A stretch of DNA of 32,833 nucleotides from contig NW_025214216.1 in the NCBI RefSeq assembly GCF_004010195.1, forward strand, positions 1 through 32,833, in the 5' to 3' direction. The position numbers and the translations under genes are program-made. Shown here one piece after another: positions 32,293-32,833 of the stretch. This DNA is from Chiloscyllium plagiosum (lineage: Eukaryota). The notes under the pieces are model-generated. The model saw nothing but the letters and a program-made list of their open reading frames with translations. It did not search any database and was not told the DNA's origin. Within the stretch, counting starts at the first letter, position 1; each line of letters opens with the position of its first letter.

Positions 32293-32359
32293 ACAAAACG
32301 CCACCCGGTGGATGTCAGAGCTAACTGAGGCTGCAAGCTACTTGTGCATGCTCTTGTCA

Positions 32360-32833
32360 ATAACACCTGCTTGATTATCCTCATCCCATTTTCCATCATT
32401 TAACGTTGTATGCCTTAAGCATTACAAATTTACAGTTAAATATCTCTGAAAATTGTGAGAATTTCTGCCGCTCTGACACATACAAACAGTGATGTCCAGA
32501 TTCCAACCACTCCCCAGCTGATAAAGTTTTCTATGTACAGCTACTCGAACATTTATGACCCTTATCTTAAATCTATGGCTACCGTTTGATTGATCCCTCC
32601 ATCATAGGGAAAGTTTTCGTTAAGTGTACCCAACCCATTCCACTCATTATTTCCTACATCTCAATACTGTCTCCTCTCAATCTCTCCTGCTCTCACAAAA
32701 GCAAGGCCAGTTTGTCTAAACTCTTTCATAGCTGAAGTTCTTCTATGAAGACAATATATTGGCAATTCACTTCTGCACCATTTCCAAAGCTGTCATATCG
32801 CTTCTTTTATGTGAATTGCAGCATTGTACATAA
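32360..32833 (-). mobile_element. Old CR1 3' fragment, paralogue of 6330-6812
   Basis: Colinear with copy 1. Confidence 0.7.

Larger units (their letters stand above)
25014..32833. repeat. Segmental duplication, copy 2 (paralogue of 1-6812)
   Basis: See copy 1; the match runs to the window end. Confidence 0.95.

Noticed and set aside
1..32833. Prokaryotic systems (CRISPR, operons, retrons)
   Set aside because: No repeat-spacer array or dense ORFs; all RT-like sequences are decayed vertebrate-type retroelements.

Overview
Eukaryotic, repeat-rich DNA with five N-gaps and no intact protein-coding gene. The repeat families (CR1/HER1-type LINEs, HE1-type tRNA-headed SINEs, Penelope-like elements) point to a cartilaginous fish; this is an inference. 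The window is a decayed multi-isotype tRNA gene cluster. It holds recognisable relics of Asn (four, plus a fragment), Ser (two), His, Arg(TCT, intron), Ile(TAT, intron), Glu and Thr, and weaker Phe, Lys and Asp candidates. These sit in a duplication with a ~25-26 kb offset (1-6812 recurs at 25014-32833), and the second copy has a younger ~2.8 kb internal tandem duplication. Interspersed are a fish-type class I (epsilon-like) endogenous retroviral pol relic with a possible 2H-phosphoesterase motif, several CR1 LINEs, SINEs, and Penelope-like elements with hammerhead-like termini. tRNA and repeat assignments come from by-eye comparison with remembered vertebrate consensus sequences, not from a database search.
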